Below are positions 54,251-63,300 of a stretch of DNA of 64,000 nt, in pieces (the first letter of the stretch is position 1; each line of letters starts with the position of its first letter). This DNA is from Elusimicrobia bacterium CG1_02_56_21 (GTDB taxonomy: Bacteria > Elusimicrobiota > Elusimicrobia > Elusimicrobiales > UBA9959). The notes under the pieces were generated by a model. It ran no database searches, was not told the DNA's origin, and saw only the letters and a program-made list of their open reading frames with translations. Location: NCBI GenBank assembly GCA_001871115.1, contig MNUR01000126.1, forward strand, positions 10,057 through 74,056, read 5' to 3'. The position numbers and the translations under genes were made by a program.

Positions 54251-54284
54251 TTTTTCCCCGAAATTAGCGTTTCGGGGGAAAATC
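54251..54284 (+). terminator. hairpin between parS sites 1 and 2 (possible terminator)
   Basis: TTCCCCGAA pairs with TTCGGGGGAA (one bulged G) around an 8-nt loop. The downstream T-tract is weak. Confidence 0.35.
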
Positions 54285-54314
54285 TTTATCTTTCTCCTGG
54301 GATTGCTAAGTTGA

Positions 54315-54332
54315 TGTTTTCACGTGAAAACA
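54315..54332. promoter_or_regulatory. parS-like 18-bp palindrome, site 2
   Basis: Identical TGTTTTCACGTGAAAACA. Confidence 0.65.
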
Positions 54333-54386
54333 TTTGTTTTGATATAGTTTCGGGGGATTTTTGTAAGTTTATGCGAATTGGCTCTG

Positions 54387-54550
54387 GGAGCCTGTCCGAC
54401 ATAAGGCTTTCATGACTAAATTGTCTATTTTGGAGCCGAGCCGAAGCGCCGCGAGACGAGCACCCTTGACGGAAATTGTGAGTTGAGCGGCGCGAAAGCG
54501 CAGACAAAAGGGACAATTGCAGGCGAAATTGCTTATGTCGGACAGGCTCC
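54387..54550 (-). mobile_element. MITE-like element, copy B (164 bp), inverted relative to copy A
   Basis: Ends GGAGCCTGTCCGACATAAG (54387-54405) and CTTATGTCGGACAGGCTCC (54532-54550). Its reverse complement aligns with copy A along the whole length, roughly 80% identical by eye. Confidence 0.6.
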
Positions 54551-54734
54551 TAGGGAACTGCGGCTGAGGCTGTGGTCCTTAGGCGCGCTCCGGGGCCGCC
54601 TGCGAGGGGCGTGCCGCTCCGTACTCAATGTGTGCTTACGGCTCTCCTGAGCGCGCTTGGTGGCTGATAGTTCTTTTATTGCTGCGCGCAGATAATAGGG
54701 TTATGCTGGGTCTGGAGGGGGAAACCGAATAATA

Positions 54735-54763
54735 TTGACTTGCTTCGGGTAAAACTATACAAT
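54735..54763 (+). promoter_or_regulatory. candidate parAB promoter
   Basis: TTGACT (54735-54740), 17 nt, then TACAAT (54758-54763). Confidence 0.5.
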
Positions 54764-54816
54764 TATGCTGGGCTGTGGGCTGCTGCGGTCATTGCAGGGG
54801 GCTGGGAAAATTTAAG

Positions 54817-54834
54817 TGTTTTCACGTGAAAACA
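54817..54834. promoter_or_regulatory. parS-like 18-bp palindrome, site 3 (in the parA leader)
   Basis: Identical TGTTTTCACGTGAAAACA, between the candidate promoter and the parA ATG. Confidence 0.65.
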
Positions 54835-54861
54835 TGTCGCAAAGGAAATTTAGGAGTTAAT

Positions 54862-55701
54862 ATGGCTGAAATAGTATCTATTGCTAATCAGAAAGGGGGG
54901 GTGGGTAAAACTACCACTGCTATTAATCTTGCCGTGGCGCTGGCCGCTTTTGATTATGAAACCCTCCTTATCGACTTTGATCCCCAGAGCAATTCTACGT
55001 CGGGGCTGGGTGTCGATATTACTAAAAACAACAAGAATATTTATGACGTGCTCTGCGGCAAAGCGCCTGTGGAAAACGCTATACATCAGACCTCTGTCGA
55101 ATGGCTTGATATAATTCCCACCAGCCATAACCTTGCGGGGGCTGAGATAGAGCTGGTAAGCGAATTCTCCCGGGAGACGGTGCTTAAGCGGTCGCTCGAA
55201 AAGATAAAGGATATGTATAAGTTTGTAATAATAGACTGCCCTCCGTCCCTGGGACTCCTCACTGTTAACGCTCTTAATGCCTCTAACTCTGTTCTTACCC
55301 CGGTGCAATGCGAATATTACGCCATGGAAGGCCTGGCGTACTTTATGAATACCGTGGAGAAGATACGCCAGGCTATCAATCCCGGGCTTAAGATAGACGG
55401 CGGGGTTATAACCATGTACGATTCTCGCATAAATCTCGCTAACCAGGTTCGGGGGGAAATAGGTAAATATTACGGCGAAAAGCTGTATAAGACTGTTATT
55501 CCCAGGAATGTGCGCCTGGCAGAAGCCCCCAGTTTTGGGCAGCCTATTTTTGTATATGACCCCAGTTCAAGAGGCGCCTTGGCCTATAAAGAGCTTACCC
55601 TGGAGTTTTTGGAGCGCCGCGGCGTGGATATTTCAGTACATAAGAATTCAGACCTCTATATAAATGAAGAAGCGGAACTTGAGTATGACCTGGGCGGTTG
55701 A
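54862..55701 (+). CDS. parA: chromosome partitioning ATPase ParA/Soj
   Basis: ORF 54775..55701, trimmed to the ATG at 54862, which follows AGGAG. MAEIVSIANQKGGVGKTT is the deviant Walker A. Confidence 0.9.
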   Translation: MAEIVSIANQKGGVGKTTTAINLAVALAAFDYETLLIDFDPQSNSTSGLGVDITKNNKNIYDVLCGKAPVENAIHQTSVEWLDIIPTSHNLAGAEIELVSEFSRETVLKRSLEKIKDMYKFVIIDCPPSLGLLTVNALNASNSVLTPVQCEYYAMEGLAYFMNTVEKIRQAINPGLKIDGGVITMYDSRINLANQVRGEIGKYYGEKLYKTVIPRNVRLAEAPSFGQPIFVYDPSSRGALAYKELTLEFLERRGVDISVHKNSDLYINEEAELEYDLGG

Positions 55702-55803
55702 GCGCCATCTCTTTGGCGGGCGGTTTTGCAGCCGGGGCAGTCTGGCGGAAGCGGAGAGCGGTTTGGCTTATAGAGCCGGCCGTATGGTAAAGGAGATCCT
55801 ATA

Positions 55804-56673
55804 ATGAGAAAGGCTTTAGGCAGGGGGATAGATTCCCTTATAACCAAGGTTCAGGCAAATGATATTTCCGGGGATATGGTTCAGAAGATTCCGGTCGGTC
55901 TGATCCGGCCCAACCGCCATCAGCCCCGCAGGAATTTTGATGAAGCGTCACTTGCGGAACTGTCCGGGTCTATATTGGAAAGAGGGCTGCTTCAGCCTAT
56001 TTCAGTGTGGAAAGACAGCGGGGAAGACCACTATGAACTGATAGCCGGGGAACGCCGCCTCAGAGCAACTAAACTGGCCGGCCTGACCGAAATAGACGCT
56101 ATCGTAAAGAAAAACCTCGATGATGAGCAGAAACTGGGGCTTTCTCTTATAGAGAATATACAGCGGGAAGACTTGAATGCTGTAGATACCGCACTGGCTT
56201 ATAAACAGCTGATGGACGGGTTCGGTGCCTCCCAGGCCGATATTGCCAAGCGGGTAGGTAAATCCCGGGGGGCCGTGTCTAATACCCTGCGCCTTCTTGA
56301 ACTGGACGAAGATATCCGCCAGGGAATACAGGCGGGGGCCATAAGCGAGGGGCATGCCCGCGCGCTTATCTCTATTCCCGACTCGGCAAAGCGCCGTGAA
56401 TTTTATCAGCGGATAATGGCGGAGAAGCTGTCTGTCCGCGAGGTGGAGAGCTTTGCCCAGGGGTTCCACGCCAATAAGCCCAGGAAGCCCAGGGCGCCCC
56501 GTGCGGGATCCCGCCGCGCTCCTGAGGTGGTGGAGCTGGAATCATCTCTAGAGAAGGTTCTGGGCACCAAGGTGGAAGTCTGTCCCGGGCCCGGGGCGCA
56601 GAATGGTAAAATAGTTATACAGTACTTCTCCCTGGATGACCTTGAAAGAGTGACACATATTATAAGAAAGTAA
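55804..56673 (+). CDS. parB: chromosome partitioning protein ParB/Spo0J
   Basis: IRPNRHQPRR, LIAGERRLRA and LIENIQREDL motifs plus an HTH (ADIAKRVGKSRGAVSNTLRLL). Confidence 0.9.
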   Translation: MRKALGRGIDSLITKVQANDISGDMVQKIPVGLIRPNRHQPRRNFDEASLAELSGSILERGLLQPISVWKDSGEDHYELIAGERRLRATKLAGLTEIDAIVKKNLDDEQKLGLSLIENIQREDLNAVDTALAYKQLMDGFGASQADIAKRVGKSRGAVSNTLRLLELDEDIRQGIQAGAISEGHARALISIPDSAKRREFYQRIMAEKLSVREVESFAQGFHANKPRKPRAPRAGSRRAPEVVELESSLEKVLGTKVEVCPGPGAQNGKIVIQYFSLDDLERVTHIIRK

Positions 56674-56692
56674 CACGAGGGAAACCGACAAT

Positions 56693-57736
56693 ATGCGCTA
56701 TGTTCTGGCTGTTGCCCTGTCCGCCGCCTGTTTATGCGGCGTCGGCGCCCAGGAACCCGCTCCCGACGCGGGCCGGGGGCCTGTGTTCTCCTCCAGGTCG
56801 CCGGTGCCTGCCTATTTTTCTCCGGAAAGAAATCTCGGCAGGCATTATCTGTACGCCGACGGCGGATTTCACGCCGACTGGTATGTCGGCTACAATAACT
56901 GCTGGATAGTGAAACTGCCTCCTGTGCCTACCGGCGGCTACGCTAAGGCTTATATCGGCGCAAAGCTGGGGCGCGCAAAAATAATGTCCTGGCCGGCCTC
57001 CTGGGATACTACCCCTATCCCGGGCAAGATCTACATGGCGCTTAACCACGCGCCCACCTTCAACTCCGACCATACCTATTTCCTCGTAGACGCCGAGGAC
57101 CTGCCGCGTGAGCCGCTCCCCAATGATTCTCTCGACGGGGTGGACTCCGCCCGCTGGCTCTGGACCGAGATCCCGCTTTCCCGCGTTTCCTCGCAGGAGG
57201 ACAATTACCTGGCCCTCTGGTCCTCCTCCCGCTACTTTACTTCGGCTTCCAGCGCACCGATAATAGCCGCGGCCATGAGCGGCGGCGACGTGGAGGACGT
57301 CTGGCTGAACCGCTCAATAAAGGGAAATCCTCCGTCGGGAGAAGGGGTTCTTGAAACGCCTATTTCAGGGATCAAGCCGGCTATAGCTATTAAACTCGTA
57401 CCGCTCAACGAATACAGGGTGCTTATCAAGGGATTCTCGGCCGAGCTTACCGCGGACGAGATAAATGTTACTTTTTCCGCCATCGGCGAGGACATCCGGG
57501 CGGCCTGGCTGGAGATTTCCTACGATAAGTTCGATTGGCAGCGGGTAACGCGCTATTTTTTCAAGGCGCCGTACTTCTGGACTTTCGGCAGGGAAGCTGT
57601 TTCCAAGGATATGTTTTATATGCGCGCCGCAGCCGTGGACAGCCTTGAGAACGCGGGGTATTCTAAAGAGATAACAGTTCCGCCGGTGCCGGCGCAGGCG
57701 CCGCAGGAAGAGATTCAGGAAGAGACCCGGGAATAG
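56693..57736 (+). CDS. secreted protein (unknown function) immediately downstream of parB
   Basis: Signal peptide MRYVLAVALSAACLCGVGA. 347 aa. 19-nt gap after parB, same strand. Confidence 0.55.
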   Translation: MRYVLAVALSAACLCGVGAQEPAPDAGRGPVFSSRSPVPAYFSPERNLGRHYLYADGGFHADWYVGYNNCWIVKLPPVPTGGYAKAYIGAKLGRAKIMSWPASWDTTPIPGKIYMALNHAPTFNSDHTYFLVDAEDLPREPLPNDSLDGVDSARWLWTEIPLSRVSSQEDNYLALWSSSRYFTSASSAPIIAAAMSGGDVEDVWLNRSIKGNPPSGEGVLETPISGIKPAIAIKLVPLNEYRVLIKGFSAELTADEINVTFSAIGEDIRAAWLEISYDKFDWQRVTRYFFKAPYFWTFGREAVSKDMFYMRAAAVDSLENAGYSKEITVPPVPAQAPQEEIQEETRE

Positions 57737-57778
57737 CTGCGGCCGATAAGAAGCCTGGGCCAGCAGACAGGAGCCTAT

Positions 57779-58786
57779 ATGAAAGAATTTAATGTAGCCG
57801 TGGTCGGAGCTTCAGGCATGGTGGGCGGGGAGCTGCTTCATCTGCTGGAAAACAGGAGTTTCCGCGTAGGCGAGTTTTACCCTTTCAATTCCGGAAAAAA
57901 ACCCGCCGCGGTGGTATTCCGGGGTAAAAAATACTCGTGTGAAGCGCCTTCTTTTGAGGCGCTGGTAAAAGCCGATATTGTTTTTTTTGTTTCCACCGAC
58001 GAGGTTTCGGCAAAGTTCGCGCCGCGCCTCGCGGCCGCCGGGGTTTGGTGCGTGGACGATTCCTCCCGCTTCAGGCTGGCCGCCGGCGTGCCTCTTGTTA
58101 TTCCGGAGGTCAACGGAGCCGTGCTAAAATCGGAAACTAAACTTGTGGCCGGGCCTAATTGCACCCTGACGGGCGCAGCGGTAGCGCTGGCCGAAATACA
58201 CCGCAAGTTCCGCATTACGGAACTGCGGATGTCCACTTACCAGGCCGTATCAGGGGCCGGGAAGTCCGCTATGGGCGAGCTGGAAGAAGAATTAAAGGCT
58301 TATTTCAGGAAAGGGTCGGTCCCGAAGCTGAAAAACGGAAAGTTCCCCCGGCCGATAGCTTTCAATCTCTTCCCGCAGGTCGGCGACTTCGACGACGAGG
58401 GGCATACAGGCGAGGAGAACAAGGTTGAAGCGGAACTTAAAAAGATCTGGGGCGATAAAAAGATAAAGATCAGCACTACTACCGTCAGGGTTCCCGTCCT
58501 GCGCGGCCATTCTCTGGCAATCTGGTTCAAGGTGGCCCGCCCCTGTACCGAAGCCGGCCTTGAAAAGGAACTCCGGCGCACACCGGGGCTTAAATATTTC
58601 GCGAAGCCGGAAGATTATCCTACCCCCTTAGAGAACGGGTACCGCACGGAGATCGTGTACGCCGGACGGCTGCGCCGGGCTAAAACGTCGCCTAATGAAT
58701 TCCAGCTCTGGGTGGTTTCAGATAACCTGTATAAGGGCGCCGCTCTTAATTCGGTGCAGATAGCGGAGCTTATAGCTGCGCTCTGA
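57779..58786 (+). CDS. asd: aspartate-semialdehyde dehydrogenase
   Basis: VVGASGMVGGELL NADP-binding motif, active-site GPNCT, and QAVSGAG. Confidence 0.9.
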   Translation: MKEFNVAVVGASGMVGGELLHLLENRSFRVGEFYPFNSGKKPAAVVFRGKKYSCEAPSFEALVKADIVFFVSTDEVSAKFAPRLAAAGVWCVDDSSRFRLAAGVPLVIPEVNGAVLKSETKLVAGPNCTLTGAAVALAEIHRKFRITELRMSTYQAVSGAGKSAMGELEEELKAYFRKGSVPKLKNGKFPRPIAFNLFPQVGDFDDEGHTGEENKVEAELKKIWGDKKIKISTTTVRVPVLRGHSLAIWFKVARPCTEAGLEKELRRTPGLKYFAKPEDYPTPLENGYRTEIVYAGRLRRAKTSPNEFQLWVVSDNLYKGAALNSVQIAELIAAL

Positions 58787-58839
58787 CCAGCGCTTTTAAT
58801 TTTAGGATCCAGGTCTTTTCTGCTGATACGGGGGGGTAT

Positions 58840-59007
58840 ATGAAGATAAAGATTGCAGCAGCTTTTTTAATCCTGTCTGCGGCTTTGGCCGCCTGCAAAA
58901 AGAAACCTCCGGAAACCGTACCTGTGCCCAAGGCAGACCCTCCCGGGCAGACAGAAACCGCCTGTTCGGGGGCGCCGCGCTTTTCTTTTTTAAAATTACC
59001 GGCTTAA
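58840..59007 (+). CDS. possible small lipoprotein (55 aa)
   Basis: Hand translation gives MKIKIAAAFLILSAALAACKKKPPETVPVPK..., with lipobox-like LAAC. Too short for the ORF track. No clear SD. Confidence 0.35.
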   Translation: MKIKIAAAFLILSAALAACKKKPPETVPVPKADPPGQTETACSGAPRFSFLKLPA

Positions 59008-59205
59008 GAAGCCGGGATCAGGCCGGCCGGCTGACTGATTACCGGATCCCGGTCCGGCCAAAACCGCGGATAGAAAACCGGAACAGGCTGTATTCCTTTC
59101 GGCGCCCCGGCGCAGCCGGCTAAAAAGGCGGCGCAAATAAACTGCAGATGTTTTTAATAGATAGCCCTCTGCTGCCGGGAGCGCGCAAAAGAAAAACAAC
59201 AGTAC

Positions 59206-59511
59206 TTACTTGTTCAGCTCTTCGGCTATGTGCTCCCAGGCGGTTTTAAGGTCTTTTGTGAGCACCTTCAGTTCCGTCGAGCCTACGCGCTCTAGTTTCC
59301 GGTAGCGCGCGGCCGCCTCGTCGACTATTTTATAATAGTCCGCTTCGGTCAGGTTTTTCAGGTCTTCAACTTTTTCCAGAACCTCGCCCTTCATTTTAAG
59401 CATCCAGCCGCGTACATTCTCGCGGTTTTCGGCGCCGTGTTTTCCTGTAAGGAAATAGGCCCCTATTGCCGCGATCGCGGCGGCTCCGATTATTTTATCA
59501 GTAGTTTTCAT
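59206..59511 (-). CDS. YtxH-like protein
   Basis: 101 aa with an N-terminal TM helix (IIGAAAIAAIGAYFL) followed by amphipathic helices, the YtxH pattern. Confidence 0.6.
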   Translation of the reverse strand: MKTTDKIIGAAAIAAIGAYFLTGKHGAENRENVRGWMLKMKGEVLEKVEDLKNLTEADYYKIVDEAAARYRKLERVGSTELKVLTKDLKTAWEHIAEELNK

Positions 59512-59630
59512 GAATCCCCCTTAATTTACTTCTGCCCGGCTCCGGCCCGGACTTTAACCCAGGCAATCATTCTACATAAACCCGCCTGGAAAATAAAGGC
59601 CCGGGCCTTCCCGGGAATAATGCCTGAAAA

Positions 59631-59639
59631 TGTTAGAAT
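59631..59639 (+). promoter_or_regulatory. candidate extended -10 element (TGTTAGAAT)
   Basis: TGTTAGAAT lies 40 nt upstream of the ATG at 59679. Confidence 0.35.
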
Positions 59640-59678
59640 AAACGCTATAGCCGGGGCGGATAAACGGCGGGCCTGTAA

Positions 59679-59933
59679 ATGAAAAACGAAAAACTCACGG
59701 TTATTTTCACTTCCCAAAACCAGGCGGAGGCCAGGATAATACAGGGGATGCTGGAGGCCAGCGGGATAAGCGTAATTCCGCTGGACGATCATTCCAGCGG
59801 GTCTGTAGCGGGCTATGGTCCGGCTATCCCGCTGCGGCTTGCCGTCCCTGAGAGCCAGGCCCAGGCGGCCCGCGATATAATTTCCGGGAGGCAGGCTGGT
59901 TTCGGGAACAGGAAAAACAGGAAGGGCCTTTGA
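59679..59933 (+). CDS. small DUF2007-like (putative signal-transducing) protein
   Basis: 84 aa. LTVIFTSQNQAEARIIQGMLEASGISVIPLDD fits the beta-alpha-beta pattern of DUF2007 as I remember it. Confidence 0.5.
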   Translation: MKNEKLTVIFTSQNQAEARIIQGMLEASGISVIPLDDHSSGSVAGYGPAIPLRLAVPESQAQAARDIISGRQAGFGNRKNRKGL

Positions 59934-59957
59934 GCCCCGGTTTATTCATTAGCCTAG

Positions 59958-60104
59958 CTACGGGGCATCGCCGCCGACCGTAAGCCTGAAGAAAACCCAG
60001 CCGGTAAAAAGCGCGGCCGGATAGAAGTCCGGGTTCCTTTCCTTCCCGAGGAACATGAACGCCGTTGTCACCAGGGCCGAAATTATAATGCCGGTAGTTT
60101 TCAT
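59958..60104 (-). CDS. possible 48-aa membrane peptide
   Basis: Hand translation gives MKTTGIIISALVTTAFMFLGKERNPDFYPAALFTGWVFFRLTVGGDAP. GGAG lies upstream. It sits downstream of the DUF2892 gene on the same strand. Confidence 0.3.
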   Translation of the reverse strand: MKTTGIIISALVTTAFMFLGKERNPDFYPAALFTGWVFFRLTVGGDAP

Positions 60105-60129
60105 TTCCTGCTGAGCCCCAACTCCTCCA

Positions 60130-60318
60130 TTATTCGCTCAGGCCTATCTTTTTAAAGAACCAAATGGCCGGGCACCATTTTGTGAAAGCGGATTGCAGAA
60201 GGTTCACGCCGACAAAAACAGTAAGCCAGAGGAAGTTTTTGTCCACGTAAACGGCCAGCGCCACGCTTAAAAGTACCATAAACCCCGCAAGCAATCTCAG
60301 TGCGTCATTTAGTTTCAT
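60130..60318 (-). CDS. DUF2892 (YgaP-like) two-TM membrane protein
   Basis: 62 aa. NDALRLLAGFMVLL...GVNLLQSAFTKWCP is the DUF2892 pattern. Confidence 0.6.
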   Translation of the reverse strand: MKLNDALRLLAGFMVLLSVALAVYVDKNFLWLTVFVGVNLLQSAFTKWCPAIWFFKKIGLSE

Positions 60319-60364
60319 ATCGGCCTCCGGTTATTAACAAATAAATAGTTTCGCTTCGGTTGCG

Positions 60365-63300
60365 CTATTCCCCTGTAGCGCCCAGCGCTTTATCGGTGCC
60401 GGCGCTCATTTCCGGCGCCGGCGGTTTCAGCCTGTGCTCCCGGCCTTTAAAACCGAGGTAATAAAGTACGGGAACCGCTACGCGCGACAGAAGAGTCGCC
60501 GCGACCTGCCCGGCTATCAGGGATATCGCCAGCCCCTGGAAAATAGGGTCGAACAGTATAACCCCGGCGCCCACCATGACCGCAAGCGCCGTCAGCAGCA
60601 TCGGGCGGAAGCGGACCACGCCGGCTTCTATAACAGCTTCTTTCAGTTCCATTCCTTCCCTGACTTTCAGGTTGATAAAGTCTACCAGGATTATGGAATT
60701 GCGCACTACTATGCCAGCCGAGGCGATGAAGCCTATCATGGACGTCGCCGTGAAGAAAGCGTTCATCCCCCAGTGAGCCGGGATAATGCCTATGAGCGCC
60801 ATCGGGATGGCCGCCATTATTATAAGCGGGGTAAGGAAGTCCTCGAACCAGGCTACCACCAGTATATATATCAAGACCAGGACCATAGCGAAGGCCAGGC
60901 CGAGGTCCCTGAAAACCTCGTAGGTGATCTGCCATTCCCCGTCCCACTTTATAGCGGTTTCGGAAGCGCTCAGGGGCTGGCGGGTGAAGTATTGGTTTAT
61001 TTCGGCTCCGCGGGCCCTGGAGAGCGCGTCTATCTGCGTTTTCAGGTCCAGCACGGCGTAAACGGGGCTTTCGGTTCCCCCGGCTATATCTGCCGTCACG
61101 TAGATAACGCGCTGCAGGTTCTTATGGTAGATGGGCTGGTTCTCAAAGCCGTTTTCAGCCTGGACAAAGCTGGACATCGGGATGGAGGTCCCGTTAGGGG
61201 AGAAGAAATTGATCTCTTTGAGCGTCTCAAGCCGCCGGCGTTTTTCCGGCGAGAGGCGCAGGCGGATGTTTACCGCCTCGCCTTCATCTTCCACATGGGC
61301 CGAGTCTATGTCCGAGCCCGACAGGGAGAGCGCGGCTGTCTGTACTATCTCGGCGGCGGCAACCCCGTTGAGGGTGGCTTTCTGCCTGTCCACCAGCAGG
61401 CGGGTTATTGGCTGTTTTTCCGGGATGTAGGAGTCGACGTCAACTATCCCTTCGGTTTTCTTGAGCAGGTTTATTATGTCCTCGGCCAGGGCTTTCTGGT
61501 TTTTAGGGTTGGGATCGAAGGCCTCTATAACTATTGTGCCAAGTACCGGCGGACCGGGGGGGACCTCGGCCACCTGAAGTCGCGCGCCGTAGCTGTCTGC
61601 TATTTTTTTAAGCGGTTCGCGCACCGCAACGGCTATATCGTGGCTGGCCCTCTTGCGCTCTTTCTTATCCGAGAGGTTAACCTGGATATCGGCCTGGTAG
61701 GGCTCGGAGCGCAGGAAATAATGGCGTACAAGCCCGTTGAAGTTGTAGGGTGCGGAGGCGCCGGCGTAAACCTGCATGTCCCGGACTTCCGGAACGCCAG
61801 AAAGGAAAGCCGCCATTTCTCCCGCCGCTTTTTCTGTGCGGGAGAGGGAAGAACTTTCAGGCATGTTTATAATTACCTGGAACTCGTTCTTATTGTCGAA
61901 GGGCAGGGTTTTGAAGATCACCATCCTGAACGCGACCATGGACAGGGCGGCGGCGAGCAGGACCGCGGTGAAAAGAAGGAATATTTTCCCTTTAGCCGGG
62001 TTGTATATCAGGTTTTTCATGAGGTTGCGGTACATGCGGTCCAGCCAGCCTTCTTTATTGTGAGCGCAATGTTTCATGGGCCAGCGCTGAACTACTTTGG
62101 CGTAAAGCCAGGGCGTTAGCGCGAAGGCCACTCCGAGCGAAATTAACATGGCCACCGAAGCGCCTATGGGGATGGGCCGCATATACGGGCCCATCATCCC
62201 GCTGACGAAGGCCATCGGGAGTATTGAGGCGATTACTGTCCAGGTGGCGAGTATGGTGGGGTTGCCCACTTCGTCCACGGCATTGAGTATATTGCGGTAC
62301 AGGGAATTTTTCCGGTTCAGGATGCAGTGCCGGTTTATATTCTCCACTACCACTATAGCGTCGTCCACCAGAATACCGATGGAGAAGATCAGCGCGAACA
62401 GGGTTATGCGGTTGAGGGTGTAGCCGTAGAGATAATAAACCAGCATTGTCAGCGCCAGGGTTACGGGAATAGCCACCAGGACCACGGCGGCCTCGCGCAG
62501 CCCCAGGGTAAGGGCTATCAACAGGGTCACGGAAAGTGTGGCGAGCAGCATGTGGTAGATAAGTTCGTCTGATTTGGCTTTTGCCGTTTCTCCGTAATTG
62601 CGGGTGACGGTTATGTTAATACCGTCCGGTATTTCGTGCCCTTTCATTACTTCAGCTTTAGCCAGCACGGCGCGGGAAACCTCCGTAGCGTTGGCGCCGC
62701 GGCGTTTTGCCACGGAAAGAGTGACCGCCTGGCGCTGGCCGGCGGCTTTTACGGAGGAGGCCGGTCCCTGCAGCATGGTTACGGAATGTTCATCCTCGTC
62801 GGGCCCGTCCTTGATAGAAGCGACGTCCGAAAGTTTAACCGGGTTCCCGTTATAGACGCCTATTATTATGTTCTTCAGGTCCCCGGCGCTGCGGATGAAA
62901 GCGTCGGTCTCGGCCAGCAGCCTGGTTCCGCCCTGGGTATAGTGGCCGGCCGGCATTTTAGCGTTGGACATTTTAATTATCCCTGCCAGCATCGGGGGGG
63001 TAAGGCGGTGCCGGGCGAGGGCGGCAGGGTGGAAATGAACTATAAATTGACGCTTGTGGCCGCCTATTATCCGGGTTTCGGATACGTTGGGAACGGCGTT
63101 CAGCTCTGTCCTGATGCGGGCGGCGGCCCGGCGCAGTTCATAGTCGTTTTTGCCTTCTCCCCAGAGCGTCAGGGCCAGTACCGGCACGTCGTCTATGGCG
63201 CGGTATTTGATTATCGCTTCGCCGGCTCCGCCCGGGAATAGGTCTTTATTGTCAAAGGTTTTGGTATAGATCAGGTTGGCGGCCGTTTCGGGAGAGGTTC

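Noticed and set aside
54775-54861. GTG-initiated 29-codon extension of parA (MGCCGHCRGLGKFKCFHVKTCRKGNLGVN)
   Set aside because: It would translate through the perfect parS-like palindrome. The ATG at 54862 has an AGGAG SD and gives the usual ParA N-terminus just before the KGGVGKTT Walker A motif.
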